In this document: positions 1 through 9,994 of the stretch, one piece after another
Layout of the letters: each line of letters starts with the position of its first letter
Position numbering within the stretch: the stretch's first letter is position 1
Source: an uncultured Clostridia bacterium
GTDB lineage: Bacteria; Bacillota; Clostridia; Christensenellales; UBA1242
Direction of reading: 5' to 3'
NCBI GenBank assembly: GCA_947584415.1
Contig: CANPWN010000004.1
Span: 22,110 to 86,109 of the forward strand
DNA: 64,000 nucleotides
The notes under the pieces: model-generated
The model's input: only the letters and a program-made list of their open reading frames with translations
The model's database searches: none
What the model was told of the DNA's origin: nothing
Made by a program: the position numbers and the translations under genes

Positions 1-101
1 ATCACCAAATATATGCAAATTTTGAACAAAACAGAAGTTATGCACATTTACACATCACACTAATATTAAGACTAATACTTAATCAAAAATAAAACAATAT
101 C
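1..101. other. Candidate oriC fragment (dnaA-dnaN spacer), partial at window edge
   Basis: TTATGCACA at 38-46 has one mismatch to the DnaA box TTATCCACA. A weaker ATTTACACA lies at 46-54. A TAA-rich, AT-rich run at 61-100 lies directly upstream of dnaN. Confidence 0.3.
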
Positions 102-128
102 ATGGGCGGCAGCCAAAGGAGAAAAATT

Positions 129-1229
129 ATGTTATTGAATTGTATGGGACTTGAACTTTCAGATGCTTTTTTGAGAGTTAGCAAAGCACTTTCAAACAAA
201 GTGACAAATCCAATCTTGGAAGGAATTAAAATTTCTGCTGAAGATGATGAACTGACTTTAAGTGCCACAGACACAGACCTTTCCATTGAGAAAAAAATTA
301 AGGCAGATGTTAAAGTTGAAGGCGAAACAGTTGTTCCGGGAAAGTTTATCACAGAATTCGTTAAGAAACTTTCAAATTCTGACATAGAACTTGAAGTCAA
401 TGAAAAAAATCAACTTCTTATCCGTTATGATGGAAACGAAAGTGTTATTCAGTGCTATAACCCTGTGGAATATCCGGGCTTTAGAAAATTGAAAACTGAT
501 GAGTGGTTTGGTGTAAGCCAAAAAGACCTTAAAAGCATGATAAGCAAAACCATTTTTTCAGTTGCTATGGACGACTCAAGACCAATTCTTAAAGGTGTGC
601 TTTTTGATATTGACCAAAAATCAATTTCAGCGGTTGCTTTGGATGGTTACAGACTTGCAAGAGTAAATAAAAAAGCGTCATCAAACATAAAGAAACAAAT
701 CGTCATCCCAACTCGCTCACTCAATGAAATATCCAAACTTTTGGACGACACGGATGATATCATTAATATTTATATTGACACAAACGCAATCATGATTGAT
801 AATACTGACACAAAAATCATCTCAAGGCTTTTGGAAGGAGATTTTGTAAATTACAAACAAATCATACCTCTTAACTACGAAACATTTGTGATGGTCAACA
901 AAGTTCAACTTGAAGACGCACTTGAGAGAGTGTCACTTTTGAGCAAAGTTGGACAAAACAATTTTGTTAAATTTGACATAAAGGAAAGTTCAATACTCCT
1001 CACCTCAAATTCTGAAATTGGAAACATCAAAGAAAAGATATCTGCAGTTTTAAATGGCAAAGATATCACAATTGCATTCAACCCAAGATTTTTGCTTGAA
1101 AGTTTGAAGGCGTCAAATGATGAGTTTGTCAAACTTTGCCTTAACACATCTTCAAACCCATGCGTAATTGTTCCAACAGAGGGTGATGAATTCTTGTATC
1201 TTATCTTACCTGTTAGGATGTTTGGTTAA
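129..1229 (+). CDS. dnaN: DNA polymerase III beta subunit (sliding clamp)
   Basis: ORF 102-1229. AAGGAG at 116-121 precedes ATG 129, giving 366 aa. The N-terminus (LELSDAFLRVSKALS..NPILEGIKISAEDDELTLSATDTDLSIE) is clamp-like, and the gene sits at the origin block. Confidence 0.85.
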   Translation: MLLNCMGLELSDAFLRVSKALSNKVTNPILEGIKISAEDDELTLSATDTDLSIEKKIKADVKVEGETVVPGKFITEFVKKLSNSDIELEVNEKNQLLIRYDGNESVIQCYNPVEYPGFRKLKTDEWFGVSQKDLKSMISKTIFSVAMDDSRPILKGVLFDIDQKSISAVALDGYRLARVNKKASSNIKKQIVIPTRSLNEISKLLDDTDDIINIYIDTNAIMIDNTDTKIISRLLEGDFVNYKQIIPLNYETFVMVNKVQLEDALERVSLLSKVGQNNFVKFDIKESSILLTSNSEIGNIKEKISAVLNGKDITIAFNPRFLLESLKASNDEFVKLCLNTSSNPCVIVPTEGDEFLYLILPVRMFG

Positions 1230-1238
1230 ATTCGCAAC

Positions 1239-1266
1239 AAAAACCGACTTTAATGTCGGTTTTTTA
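1239..1266 (+). terminator. Intrinsic terminator after dnaN
   Basis: Stem ACCGAC (1243-1248) pairs with GTCGGT (1255-1260) and is followed by a T-run. Confidence 0.7.
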
Positions 1267-1279
1267 TTTTAATTTTAAG

Positions 1280-1308
1280 TTGACAAAGATGCCAAAATCT
1301 TTTATACT
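1280..1308 (+). promoter_or_regulatory. SigA-type promoter of rpmH operon
   Basis: TTGACA at 1280-1285, a 17-nt spacer, and TATACT at 1303-1308. Confidence 0.6.
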
Positions 1309-1338
1309 ATCCATTGTTAAACTAACAAGGAGGACAAA

Positions 1339-1473
1339 ATGAAAAGGACATATCAACCAAAAAAAGCAAAAAGAAACAAAGTCCATGGATTCAGAGAAAG
1401 AATGAGGTCCAATGGTGGAAGAAATGTTTTAAAAAGACGCCGCGCTCGTGGCAGAAAAAAGATTGCTGCTTAA
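1339..1473 (+). CDS. rpmH: 50S ribosomal protein L34
   Basis: This 44-aa ORF is below the ORF-track cutoff. It reads [50 protein letters not shown] lies 7 nt upstream. Confidence 0.95.
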   Translation: MKRTYQPKKAKRNKVHGFRERMRSNGGRNVLKRRRARGRKKIAA

Positions 1474-1488
1474 TTTGAAGGAGTTTTA

Positions 1489-1800
1489 ATGGACCACAGG
1501 CTGAAAAAAGAAAGACAGTTTTCTTACATCTTTAAAAAAGGGAAAAGAGCAAATTGCTCTCTTTTTACGCTTTTTTCAGTCCCAAGCAAATTTCAATGTT
1601 ATAAAATAGGTTATTCAATTTCAAAGAAAGTCGGAAAGGCAAACAAAAGAAATAAATTGAAAAGGCGACTTAAAGAAATAGTCAGATTGGAAAAACTGCC
1701 AAAGCCATTTTTCAACTATGTTTTAATGGCGCGTCCTGGTGCAGCAGAACTGAGTTTTGAAGAATTAAAAAAAGAAATTGTAAGTTTGTTTAAAAAATGA
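1489..1800 (+). CDS. rnpA: RNase P protein component
   Basis: A 103-aa basic protein with the [14 protein letters not shown] motif, directly after rpmH. Confidence 0.85.
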   Translation: MDHRLKKERQFSYIFKKGKRANCSLFTLFSVPSKFQCYKIGYSISKKVGKANKRNKLKRRLKEIVRLEKLPKPFFNYVLMARPGAAELSFEELKKEIVSLFKK

Positions 1801-2063
1801 AAAAACTGCTTTTGCCAATCAAATTTATTGCTTGTTTGCCAATTTATTTTTATAAATATCTTATCTCCCCACTTCTCCCACATGTTTGCCGATTTATTCC
1901 AAGTTGTTCGAACTATTTTATTGAAGCAGTAAAAGAGTTTGGTGTTTTTAAAGGAAGTTGTTTGGGTTTTAAAAGAATTGCACGCTGCACTCCAAAGAGT
2001 AAAACATCAGGCTTTGACCCTGTGCCAATCAATGTAAAAGGAGATAAAAAATGGCTGCTTTAA
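1797..2063 (+). CDS. yidD: Membrane protein insertion efficiency factor YidD
   Basis: [19 protein letters not shown] signature. ATGA overlap with rnpA. Confidence 0.85.
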   Translation: MKKLLLPIKFIACLPIYFYKYLISPLLPHVCRFIPSCSNYFIEAVKEFGVFKGSCLGFKRIARCTPKSKTSGFDPVPINVKGDKKWLL

Positions 2064-3469
2064 ATTTACTTCTTTCAGTGGCAAAACCAACAGGTGTTTG
2101 GGAAACAATAATTCAAGCCTTTGAAGGCGGAGTTGGAAGTTATATTCTCGCCATTGTGCTTATCACTTTGGTAATTAGAGTTATCTGGGCACCTTTTGAC
2201 ACTTTTAATAAGAAGATAAACAAAAAAAATCAACGAATTCAAGCCAAAATGCAACCAGAACTTGACAAAATTAAAGCCAAGTATGGAAATGATAAAAATC
2301 TCGTGAATCAAAAAACTCAAGAGGTTTACAAGCGCTATCAATTTTCAATGGGTGGAAGTTGTTTGTTTATGCTTGTTTTTATGGCGTTAAACCTTACAAT
2401 TTTCTTCACACTATTCTCTGGCTTAAACAGAATGGCGGACTATAAAATAAGCCAAGAGTATGATTATTTGAAATATAACTATGCCAATGTTTTGCAACTT
2501 GCAAATGACAAATATGATGAAAATGATTTAACTATTTTTAAAAACTATGAAAATGTCACCTTTAAAGTTGAAGAGAAAGAAATTGCAGACGGCGAAGGGA
2601 CAAAAATTCAAAAATATCTTGTCGCATATAGCGGCGAAACAAAACTTGGCGAAGTTGAATATAAAACAGACTTTTCCTACAAAATACAGGTCGATAAAAC
2701 TGATGAAAACGGAGACCCTGTTTTAGACGAAAATGAACAACCTGTTAAAGAAGAAAAAACAATCACTTCAGACGAAGTTATACAAGAATATGTTTTCAAA
2801 CTTGTGACAAAAGAAGCCAAAACTGACAGCGAAGGCAACGAGATTGAAAACACTGATTACAAAGGTGGCACAATTATAATACCAAAACAGAGTGATGAAG
2901 AGGAAGATGTTTCACTCAAACAAACAATTGACTATTTCAGCGGAAAATATATAAGCGAGTGCTATGAAAACAGACCTGAAAAATCATCTTTCCTTTGGAT
3001 AGCAAACTATTGGGTGGCGGACAGTCCTATTAAAAAATCAATCTTCTCTTTTGGTGAATATAAGGGCGAAGTCGGAAATGTGTCGCCACAGGAAGAAACC
3101 ATATACAACGCCTTTATGACAAACCTTTCACAAAACAAAGGAAGAGTCAACGGTTACTTCATTTTGGCAGTTTTGTCAATAGGCGTAAGTTTTCTTTCAA
3201 TGTTCCTTTCAAATCTTGGAAACAAAAAGAAAGGCGAAAAGATGCCAAAGCAGCCGGGCGGCAAAGTGATGATGTTTATCTTGCCTATAATCATGGGCTT
3301 GTTTGCGGCGTTCTATAACTCAGTGTTTGCAATTTACCTTATTGTCAGCCAAGTAATCAGTGCACTTCTTGCTCCACTTGAAACCTTAATTATCAACAAG
3401 TGGGATGCGCATGATGAAAAGAAACAAGAAGAAAAGTCAAAATCAGTTGTGTCTTACAGAAGAAAATGA
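2051..3469 (+). CDS. yidC: YidC/Oxa1-family membrane insertase with a large loop insertion
   Basis: The core TM1 and coiled C1 loop are present, as is the conserved [14 protein letters not shown] motif and C-terminal TMs with a basic tail. AGGAG precedes ATG 2051. At 472 aa it is far longer than the roughly 260 aa typical of Firmicutes. Confidence 0.8.
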   Translation: MAALNLLLSVAKPTGVWETIIQAFEGGVGSYILAIVLITLVIRVIWAPFDTFNKKINKKNQRIQAKMQPELDKIKAKYGNDKNLVNQKTQEVYKRYQFSMGGSCLFMLVFMALNLTIFFTLFSGLNRMADYKISQEYDYLKYNYANVLQLANDKYDENDLTIFKNYENVTFKVEEKEIADGEGTKIQKYLVAYSGETKLGEVEYKTDFSYKIQVDKTDENGDPVLDENEQPVKEEKTITSDEVIQEYVFKLVTKEAKTDSEGNEIENTDYKGGTIIIPKQSDEEEDVSLKQTIDYFSGKYISECYENRPEKSSFLWIANYWVADSPIKKSIFSFGEYKGEVGNVSPQEETIYNAFMTNLSQNKGRVNGYFILAVLSIGVSFLSMFLSNLGNKKKGEKMPKQPGGKVMMFILPIIMGLFAAFYNSVFAIYLIVSQVISALLAPLETLIINKWDAHDEKKQEEKSKSVVSYRRK

Positions 3470-3494
3470 TATAATCCAAATTAGGAGGAGAAAA

Positions 3495-4274
3495 ATGAAA
3501 ACTAGCGTTGAAGCAACCGGAAAGAACATAGAACAAGCAATTGAAAACGCATTATTTGAACTTAAAGCACCACGCGAAGATGTTGATATCAAAATTTTAA
3601 GCGAAGGCGGACTATTTAAAAAAGCGAAAGTTGTTGTTTCTATTTCAGATGATGTTATTGACAAATATGAGAAAAAAGAAAAAATTAAGGAAGAAGAAAA
3701 GCCTGAAATAAAGGAAGAGCCAAAACCTAAGAAGGAAGTAAAGGCAGAAAAGAAAGCCGAAAAGAAAGAGATTAAGGCGGAAGTTAAAGAAGAGAAAAAA
3801 GAAGAGAAGGCGGAGGAAAAACAAGAAGAAAACCGCCCTAGCGCTGTGGAATTTATGCAAGGTGTTTTAAAAGCACTTGGAAAGGACGCCACAGTCAGTG
3901 AAATTGAGGAAGATGAGGTCATCAGAATTTCTGTTGATGGCGAAAATTTGAGCGAACTTATTGGATATAGAGGTGAAACACTTTTTGCCCTTTCCTTCCT
4001 TATGACAACCATCTGTAAACGTGCAAAGAAAAGGCAAATTTTGGATGTTTGCGGCTACCGTGAAAAGCGTGCTGAAAGCCTTAGAAGTCTTGCAAAACGC
4101 ATGGCGGACAAGGTCGCAAAGAGTGGAAGATATGCAAAACTTGAACCTATGGATGCGAGCGAGCGCCGTCAAATCCATCTTGCACTTCAAAATAACGACA
4201 AAGTGACAACCATGTCCAAAGGAACAGAGCCAAAAAGATACGTTATGATATTCCCAAGAGAATATAAAGACTAA
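3495..4274 (+). CDS. jag: Jag/KhpB-like RNA-binding protein (KH + R3H) with a Lys/Glu-rich linker
   Basis: AGGAGG at 3484-3489 precedes ATG 3495. The N-terminus is Jag_N-like. The C-terminus reads LEPMDASERRQIHLALQ (R3H). Synteny after yidC supports the call. Confidence 0.75.
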   Translation: MKTSVEATGKNIEQAIENALFELKAPREDVDIKILSEGGLFKKAKVVVSISDDVIDKYEKKEKIKEEEKPEIKEEPKPKKEVKAEKKAEKKEIKAEVKEEKKEEKAEEKQEENRPSAVEFMQGVLKALGKDATVSEIEEDEVIRISVDGENLSELIGYRGETLFALSFLMTTICKRAKKRQILDVCGYREKRAESLRSLAKRMADKVAKSGRYAKLEPMDASERRQIHLALQNNDKVTTMSKGTEPKRYVMIFPREYKD

Positions 4275-4285
4275 AAACTTAGAAT

Positions 4286-4319
4286 AAAAAACTGCGACTT
4301 AATGCCGCAGTCTTTTTTT
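4286..4319. terminator. Bidirectional intrinsic terminator between jag and the convergent pseudogene
   Basis: ACTGCG (4291-4296) pairs with CGCAGT (4306-4311), flanked by an A-run and a T-run. Confidence 0.6.
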
Positions 4320-5129
4320 ATTTTTCTAGTTCACCCTCTTCAAAATCTTCGAACTCTTCAAAGAAATCAATTTGCTCGGTTTCTTCATTTTTTTCATTGT
4401 CGTTTACTTCTAAAGATGGAAATTCCTTCCAGTTTTTGTAATTGTCTGCGCGAGATAGCGTTCCACATCTAAGCAGTTTTATCTCTTCTTCATCACACCT
4501 TTCAAGAGCAATTTTTGTGCACTCACGCTGCAAAAGTTTGCTTAACATTGGTGTTCTCACATTAGGGTTAGAAAGAACGACTTGTGAAAGGGCGTCATGA
4601 ACAGTGTCGCTAACCAAGGTCATTGTATGTTCTGTTCCATCCAAGCATTGTTGTCGGTTTGTCCAAATGTATTCAATTCTTCCAACTTTTACTGCAGGGG
4701 CAGAACTTACAGTATTTTTTCCCACAGGCAGCAAAGCTTTTACTTTGTCATGATATGATTTAACAATTTTTGAATTTGGGTCATATTCAGGGTGAAGTTC
4801 TATACGGAGATAATTTCTTACAATGTTAAAGTAAGTGTATGTAAGTTTTCCTTCTTTATCTACCGCGTAAATAGGGCCATTTGGGTCAGTGTCTTCATTG
4901 TATCTTGACAGCATATTGGGTCAGTGTCTTCATTGTATCTTGACAGCATAAAATATAAGTAATTGGTTTGGTGAAAGCCGTCATGCACATCACGATAGCA
5001 GCGTCTGAAAAGTTCCAAGTTGCCGGTCATCTTCTCATACGTTCCCAAAGAGATTGGGTGAGCGTAACACTCAACATCACCATTTTCCAAGAAAGATGGC
5101 ATGTATTTTTCAAGTTCTTTTTGTGTCAT
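4318..5129 (-). pseudogene. Hypothetical protein gene disrupted by a 35-bp tandem duplication
   Basis: ORFs 4860-5129 and 4318-4914 both contain MLSRYNEDTDP. Removing one repeat copy fuses them into one 265-aa frame. AAGGAGG lies 7 nt before ATG 5129. Confidence 0.8.
4881..4950. repeat. Perfect 35-bp tandem duplication (2 copies)
   Basis: 4881-4915 equals 4916-4950 (ttgggtcagtgtcttcattgtatcttgacagcata), checked base by base. Confidence 0.97.
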
Positions 5130-5196
5130 ATAAATTACCTCCTTTGACAAAAACAGTGTAACATAAAAGAAGGGTCAAGTCAATTAAAATTTTTGG

Positions 5197-5224
5197 TTGA
5201 AAAAGAGAAAAAGTGTGCTATAAT
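5197..5224 (+). promoter_or_regulatory. SigA-type promoter abutting the mnmE start
   Basis: TTGAAA at 5197-5202, a 16-nt spacer, and TGcTATAAT with the -10 at 5219-5224. Only 7 nt separate the -10 from ATG 5232. Confidence 0.5.
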
Positions 5225-5231
5225 CATAGTC

Positions 5232-6542
5232 ATGAAAACCATTGTTGCTTTGTCCACCCCTCTTGGAAAAGGGGCTATTGCAATTGTTAGGATGAGCGGT
5301 GAAAAAGCGTTGGAGATTGCTCAGAAGGTTTTTTCATGCAAAGGTGAAATAAAGCCAAGATATATGATGCTTGGCAGTTTTTGCATTGACGAAGTGAAAG
5401 AAAAATGCCTTATGGTCTATTTTAAAGCGCCGTTTTCGTTCACTGGCGAAGATATGGTTGAATTTCAAATTCATGGCGGCGTCACTGTTGCAAGGCTTGT
5501 TGAAGAGAGGTTAATAAAAGAAGGCGCCGTTCTTGCTGAACCGGGAGAGTTTTCACGCAGAGCGTTTGAAAATGGGAAGATTTCACTTGACGAAGCGGAA
5601 AGCATTGTGGACGAAATAAACAGCGAAAGCGAGGCGGAACTTAAAGTTTCTCTATCCTCAGCCAGCGGCAAACTTGTTGGAAACATCAAAGAAATTCAAA
5701 ATTCTCTCACCGAACTTTTGGCGGAGATTGAAGTGAGCATGGACTATCCCGAGGAAGATGAATATGAGGATGTGCGTGGCAAAATTTTTGATGTGCTAGG
5801 CGAAAGTTTAAACCGGTTAAATGGGCTTATCCAAGTGGCGAACGAGGCTCGTTTTATTCGAAGTGGGGTCAATGTTGCGCTGGTTGGAAAAACGAACGCT
5901 GGCAAAAGCAGCCTGTTAAACGCTTTGCTTGGTGAAGAAAGAGCCATTGTCACATCCACCGAAGGCACAACGAGGGATGTTATTGAGGCAAAGAGTGACA
6001 TTGATGGCGTGAGATTTAATTTCTATGACACGGCGGGCATACGAGAAAGCCGCAACAAAATTGAAATGCTTGGAATTGAGCGCAGTAAAAAAACGCTTAA
6101 TGAAAGCGACCTCGTTTTGCTGGTTGTTGATGGAAGTGAAAAAGAGGTTGATGATGAAATTTTAAAACTTATCAACAAACCTTTTATAACAGTAGTCAAC
6201 AAGAGCGACAAAAAGAGGGTTTTAAAAACCATGCCGAACGAAATTGAGGTTTCGGCGTTAAAAAACAAAAATATTGACATTTTAAAACGCAAGATGTATG
6301 ACATGGTCATCAAAAAGAAGATTGATTTTAATGGTGTTGTTGTGTCAAATGAAAGACAACTTGGTCACCTTATTGACGCGGCAAAGGAAATAAAAGAAAT
6401 TTTTGAAAAGAAAAATGAAAGTTTGGAAATTTTGTCAATGCTTATCAAAAAAGTTTGGAACGAACTTGGCAAGATAACCGGAGAGACGGAAAATGAGGAT
6501 ATAATTGCACTCATATTCTCAAAATTCTGCGTGGGAAAATGA
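5232..6542 (+). CDS. mnmE: tRNA modification GTPase MnmE
   Basis: Canonical N-terminus MKTIVALSTPLGKGAIAIVRMSG, G-domain GKTNAGKSSLLNAL, and C-terminal FCVGK. Confidence 0.9.
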   Translation: MKTIVALSTPLGKGAIAIVRMSGEKALEIAQKVFSCKGEIKPRYMMLGSFCIDEVKEKCLMVYFKAPFSFTGEDMVEFQIHGGVTVARLVEERLIKEGAVLAEPGEFSRRAFENGKISLDEAESIVDEINSESEAELKVSLSSASGKLVGNIKEIQNSLTELLAEIEVSMDYPEEDEYEDVRGKIFDVLGESLNRLNGLIQVANEARFIRSGVNVALVGKTNAGKSSLLNALLGEERAIVTSTEGTTRDVIEAKSDIDGVRFNFYDTAGIRESRNKIEMLGIERSKKTLNESDLVLLVVDGSEKEVDDEILKLINKPFITVVNKSDKKRVLKTMPNEIEVSALKNKNIDILKRKMYDMVIKKKIDFNGVVVSNERQLGHLIDAAKEIKEIFEKKNESLEILSMLIKKVWNELGKITGETENEDIIALIFSKFCVGK

Positions 6543-6543
6543 T

Positions 6544-8418
6544 ATGAGAGAAGTTTACGAAGCAATAGTCATTGGTGCGGGACATGCCGGTTGTGAGGCG
6601 GCACTCGCACTTGCAAGAAAAGGACATAAAACGCTTTTGACCACAATCAGTTTGGATGCGGTCGCTTTTTTGGCGTGCAACCCTTCAATTGGTGGCACTG
6701 CGAAAGGACAACTTGTCAGCGAGGTTGATGCACTTGGCGGCGAAATGGGAATTATTGCTGATAAAACGACAATTCAACTCAGGCTTTTAAACAGAGGAAG
6801 AGGTCCAGCAGTGCAAAGTTTAAGGGCGCAAACCGACAAAGTTATGTATCACACCGAGATGAAAAAAGTCATTGAAAGCACTCCAAACCTTTTTCTAAAA
6901 CAGGCGGAGGCAGTCAAAATTGAAATTGATGGTGACAAAAAAATTGTCACAACCGCAGTTGGAGATGAGTTTGAGGCAAAGGTGATTGTGTTTGCCACCG
7001 GCGTTTATCTTGACAGCCGAATAATTATTGGCTCGTTTACAGAAAACACTGGCCCAAACGGTTTTAAAAATGCAAAAATGCTTTCAAAATCATTAAAAAG
7101 TCTGGGTTACAAACTTTTGAGGTTTAAAACAGGCACGCCGGCGAGAGTAAACAGGCGCAGCATAGATTTTAGCGAGTTGGAAGTTCAAAAGGGTGAGGAC
7201 GACATCCAAACTTTTTCATTTATGACAACGCACAAACCGAACAATATTGCCGCATGCTATCTCACTTACACAAACCCAAAAACGCACGAAATTATTTTAA
7301 ACAATTTGGATAAAGCGCCGGCAATCTCAGGCGAAATTGTCGGAATTGGGCCACGCTACTGCCCTTCCATAGAAACAAAAATTGTCAGATTTGCAGATAA
7401 GGACCGCCATCAGTTGTTTTTAGAGCCAGAGGCACTTTCCACAAGCGAAGTTTATATTCAGGGCTTTTCAACCTCTATGCCATCAGATATTCAAAAAGAG
7501 ATGGTCAGGTCAATTAAAGGACTTGAAAACGCCGAAATAATGAGGGACGCATACGCAATTGAATATGATTGTCTTGACCCGCTGCAACTGAAAGCGAGTC
7601 TGGAAAGCAAACTTCATGAAGGACTGTTTTTTGCTGGACAAATCAACGGCACAAGCGGATACGAGGAGGCAGCGGCGCAAGGAATTGTGGCTGGAATAAA
7701 TGCTGCACTCAAACTTGAAAACAGAGAGCCAATGATTATTTCACGAAGCGAGGCATATATTGGCGTGCTGATTGATGACATTGTGACAAAAGGCACGAAC
7801 GAGCCTTATCGCATGATGACCAGCCGTGCTGAATATAGATTGTCACTTAGACAAGACAATGCTGATTTAAGGTTGACAGAAATAGGAAGAAAGGTTGGGC
7901 TTGTTGATGACAGGCGTTGGAAAAAATTTCTCGCAAAAAAGAAAAAACTTGAAAAAGCAGAGAAAATTTTAAGCCAAAAACTTAAAATTGATGAAAAACT
8001 TAAAAATTTCTTTGAAAAAAATGGCGAAAATGTGCCAAAGAACTCTGTTTCAGTCAAAGAGGCAATAAAAAGGTCGAACATTGACGCCTTTAAAGTTGAC
8101 GAAGAATATGGTGTTTTTAGTGGTTTTTCAAAAGCAATAATTTCGGAAATTAACCTTATTGTCAAATATGAGGGTTACTTGCAACAGCAGGAAGAAGATA
8201 TAAACAAAATGAAAAAGATGGAGTGCCAAAAAATTCCGTCAGATTTTCCTTATAAAAAACAAAAAGGGCTTAAAATTGAAACAATACAAAAACTAAGCGA
8301 AATAAAGCCTGAAAATTTGGGACAAGCGTCAAGAATTTCAGGCGTCTCCCCTGCTGATATTGCGGTTTTGAGCGTTTTGATAAAAAAATACAAGGAGAAA
8401 AATATTGGAAAAGAGTGA
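6544..8418 (+). CDS. mnmG: tRNA uridine 5-carboxymethylaminomethyl modification enzyme MnmG (GidA)
   Basis: YEAIVIGAGHAGCEAALA FAD motif, about 624 aa. It starts 1 nt after the mnmE stop. Confidence 0.95.
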   Translation: MREVYEAIVIGAGHAGCEAALALARKGHKTLLTTISLDAVAFLACNPSIGGTAKGQLVSEVDALGGEMGIIADKTTIQLRLLNRGRGPAVQSLRAQTDKVMYHTEMKKVIESTPNLFLKQAEAVKIEIDGDKKIVTTAVGDEFEAKVIVFATGVYLDSRIIIGSFTENTGPNGFKNAKMLSKSLKSLGYKLLRFKTGTPARVNRRSIDFSELEVQKGEDDIQTFSFMTTHKPNNIAACYLTYTNPKTHEIILNNLDKAPAISGEIVGIGPRYCPSIETKIVRFADKDRHQLFLEPEALSTSEVYIQGFSTSMPSDIQKEMVRSIKGLENAEIMRDAYAIEYDCLDPLQLKASLESKLHEGLFFAGQINGTSGYEEAAAQGIVAGINAALKLENREPMIISRSEAYIGVLIDDIVTKGTNEPYRMMTSRAEYRLSLRQDNADLRLTEIGRKVGLVDDRRWKKFLAKKKKLEKAEKILSQKLKIDEKLKNFFEKNGENVPKNSVSVKEAIKRSNIDAFKVDEEYGVFSGFSKAIISEINLIVKYEGYLQQQEEDINKMKKMECQKIPSDFPYKKQKGLKIETIQKLSEIKPENLGQASRISGVSPADIAVLSVLIKKYKEKNIGKE

Positions 8419-9091
8419 ATTTATTGTGGGCGCATTTAAAAAAGAGGGCTTTGTTATTTCAGGCGAGCAAGCAAAATTGTTTGAAAAATATTACGAATTT
8501 TTGGTGGCTGAAAACGAAAAATATAATCTTACCGCTATCACTGACTTTGAAGATGTTGTATACAAACATTTCATTGATTGTGCGATTGCCGTCAATAATT
8601 TCAGTGGAAAAGTGCTGGATGTTGGCTCTGGAGCGGGTTTTCCGGGTGTTGTGCTTGCAATTTTAAATCCAAAACTTGAAATTACTCTTTTAGACAGTCT
8701 TGCAAAACGCGTCAACTTTCTAAACACACTCATTTCGCTTTTAGGTTTAAAAAACATCAAAGCTATCCATGAGCGAATTGAAGATTTTAAAGAAAAAGAA
8801 AGTTTTGATTGTGTGACAGCGCGTGCAGTTGCAAATCTGTCCACCTTATCTGAATATCTTTTACCTTTTGCTAAAAAAGGTGGAAAAGTTATAGTTTACA
8901 AAGGTTCAGACTTTTTTGAAGAAGTTGAAACAAGTCAAAACGCTATAAAGATTTTGGGCGGACAATTGGAAGAAATACATCATGTCAAAATTAAGGACAT
9001 GACACGGGCGGTGATTGTGCTTAGAAAAATTGCTCAAACTCCACCAAAATATCCAAGAAATGGCAACAAACCGCGAAAAAATCCGCTTTAA
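8405..9091 (+). CDS. rsmG: 16S rRNA m7G527 methyltransferase RsmG (GidB)
   Basis: DVGSGAGFPGVVLAI SAM motif. A TTG start is preceded by AGGAG. Synteny after mnmG supports the call. Confidence 0.85.
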   Translation: MEKSEFIVGAFKKEGFVISGEQAKLFEKYYEFLVAENEKYNLTAITDFEDVVYKHFIDCAIAVNNFSGKVLDVGSGAGFPGVVLAILNPKLEITLLDSLAKRVNFLNTLISLLGLKNIKAIHERIEDFKEKESFDCVTARAVANLSTLSEYLLPFAKKGGKVIVYKGSDFFEEVETSQNAIKILGGQLEEIHHVKIKDMTRAVIVLRKIAQTPPKYPRNGNKPRKNPL

Positions 9092-9166
9092 GTGGCAAAT
9101 TTTCTTTATTTTTCATTTTATTTGTGATATTATTACAACAGAATAGATTTTGCAAAAGAGGTTTTT

Positions 9167-9994
9167 ATGGGAAAAATTATTTCGTTAGCAAACCAAAAAG
9201 GCGGAGTTGGAAAAACAACAACTTGCGTAAACCTGTCGGCTTATTTGGCTGTCATGGGGCAAAAGGTTTTAATTTTGGACCTTGACCCGCAGGGAAACGC
9301 AACCAGCGGACTTGGAATTGAAAAGAAAAAAGGCATCAAAACGGTTTATGACCTTATTGACGGCGAAAGTCCTATAAGCGAAGTTATTCTTCCAACACAA
9401 ATTGAGGGGCTTGATATAATTCCTTCAACAGTGGATTTAGCGGCTGCGGAAATCTCACTTGTTTCAATTCCAAACAGAGAGAAAGTTTTAAAGAATATTT
9501 TGGAAAATGTGCGTAATAGTTATGATTTTATAATGATTGACTGTCAGCCTTCGCTGGGGTTGTTGACAGTTAACGCCTTAACAGCGTCCGACAGCGTTAT
9601 AATTCCAATGCAGTGCGAATTTTATGCGCTAGATGGAATAACCCAACTTATGAACACTATCAGACTTGTGAAATTCCACTTAAATCCAAACCTTGATGTT
9701 GAAGGTGTTGTTAGAACAATGAAAGACAACCGTTCAAACTTAATCAACCAAGTCAGCCAAGAAATCATAAAGTTTTTTAAAAGCAAAGTTTTTGAGACTT
9801 ACATTCCAAGAAATATAAGACTTGCAGAAGCACCAAGCCATGGCTTGCCTATTGTTTTATATGACCCTTCCTCTAAGGGGGCTGAAGCATATCTCTCTCT
9901 TGCCGAAGAGTTTTTGGATAGAAATAAAATTAAGTATAAAAGTATAACTAAACATACGAAAATAAAGTTAAGAGGAGGACATAATAATGGTTAA
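9167..9994 (+). CDS. parA: Chromosome partitioning ATPase ParA/Soj
   Basis: Deviant Walker A KGGVGKTT, followed by LDLDPQGNAT. Confidence 0.9.
   Translation: MGKIISLANQKGGVGKTTTCVNLSAYLAVMGQKVLILDLDPQGNATSGLGIEKKKGIKTVYDLIDGESPISEVILPTQIEGLDIIPSTVDLAAAEISLVSIPNREKVLKNILENVRNSYDFIMIDCQPSLGLLTVNALTASDSVIIPMQCEFYALDGITQLMNTIRLVKFHLNPNLDVEGVVRTMKDNRSNLINQVSQEIIKFFKSKVFETYIPRNIRLAEAPSHGLPIVLYDPSSKGAEAYLSLAEEFLDRNKIKYKSITKHTKIKLRGGHNNG

Noticed and set aside
3443-4012. Antisense ORFs (189 aa and 71 aa) opposite jag.
   Set aside because: They are generated by the GAA/AAG-rich Lys/Glu linker, read as Phe/Ser/Leu runs, and have no start context.
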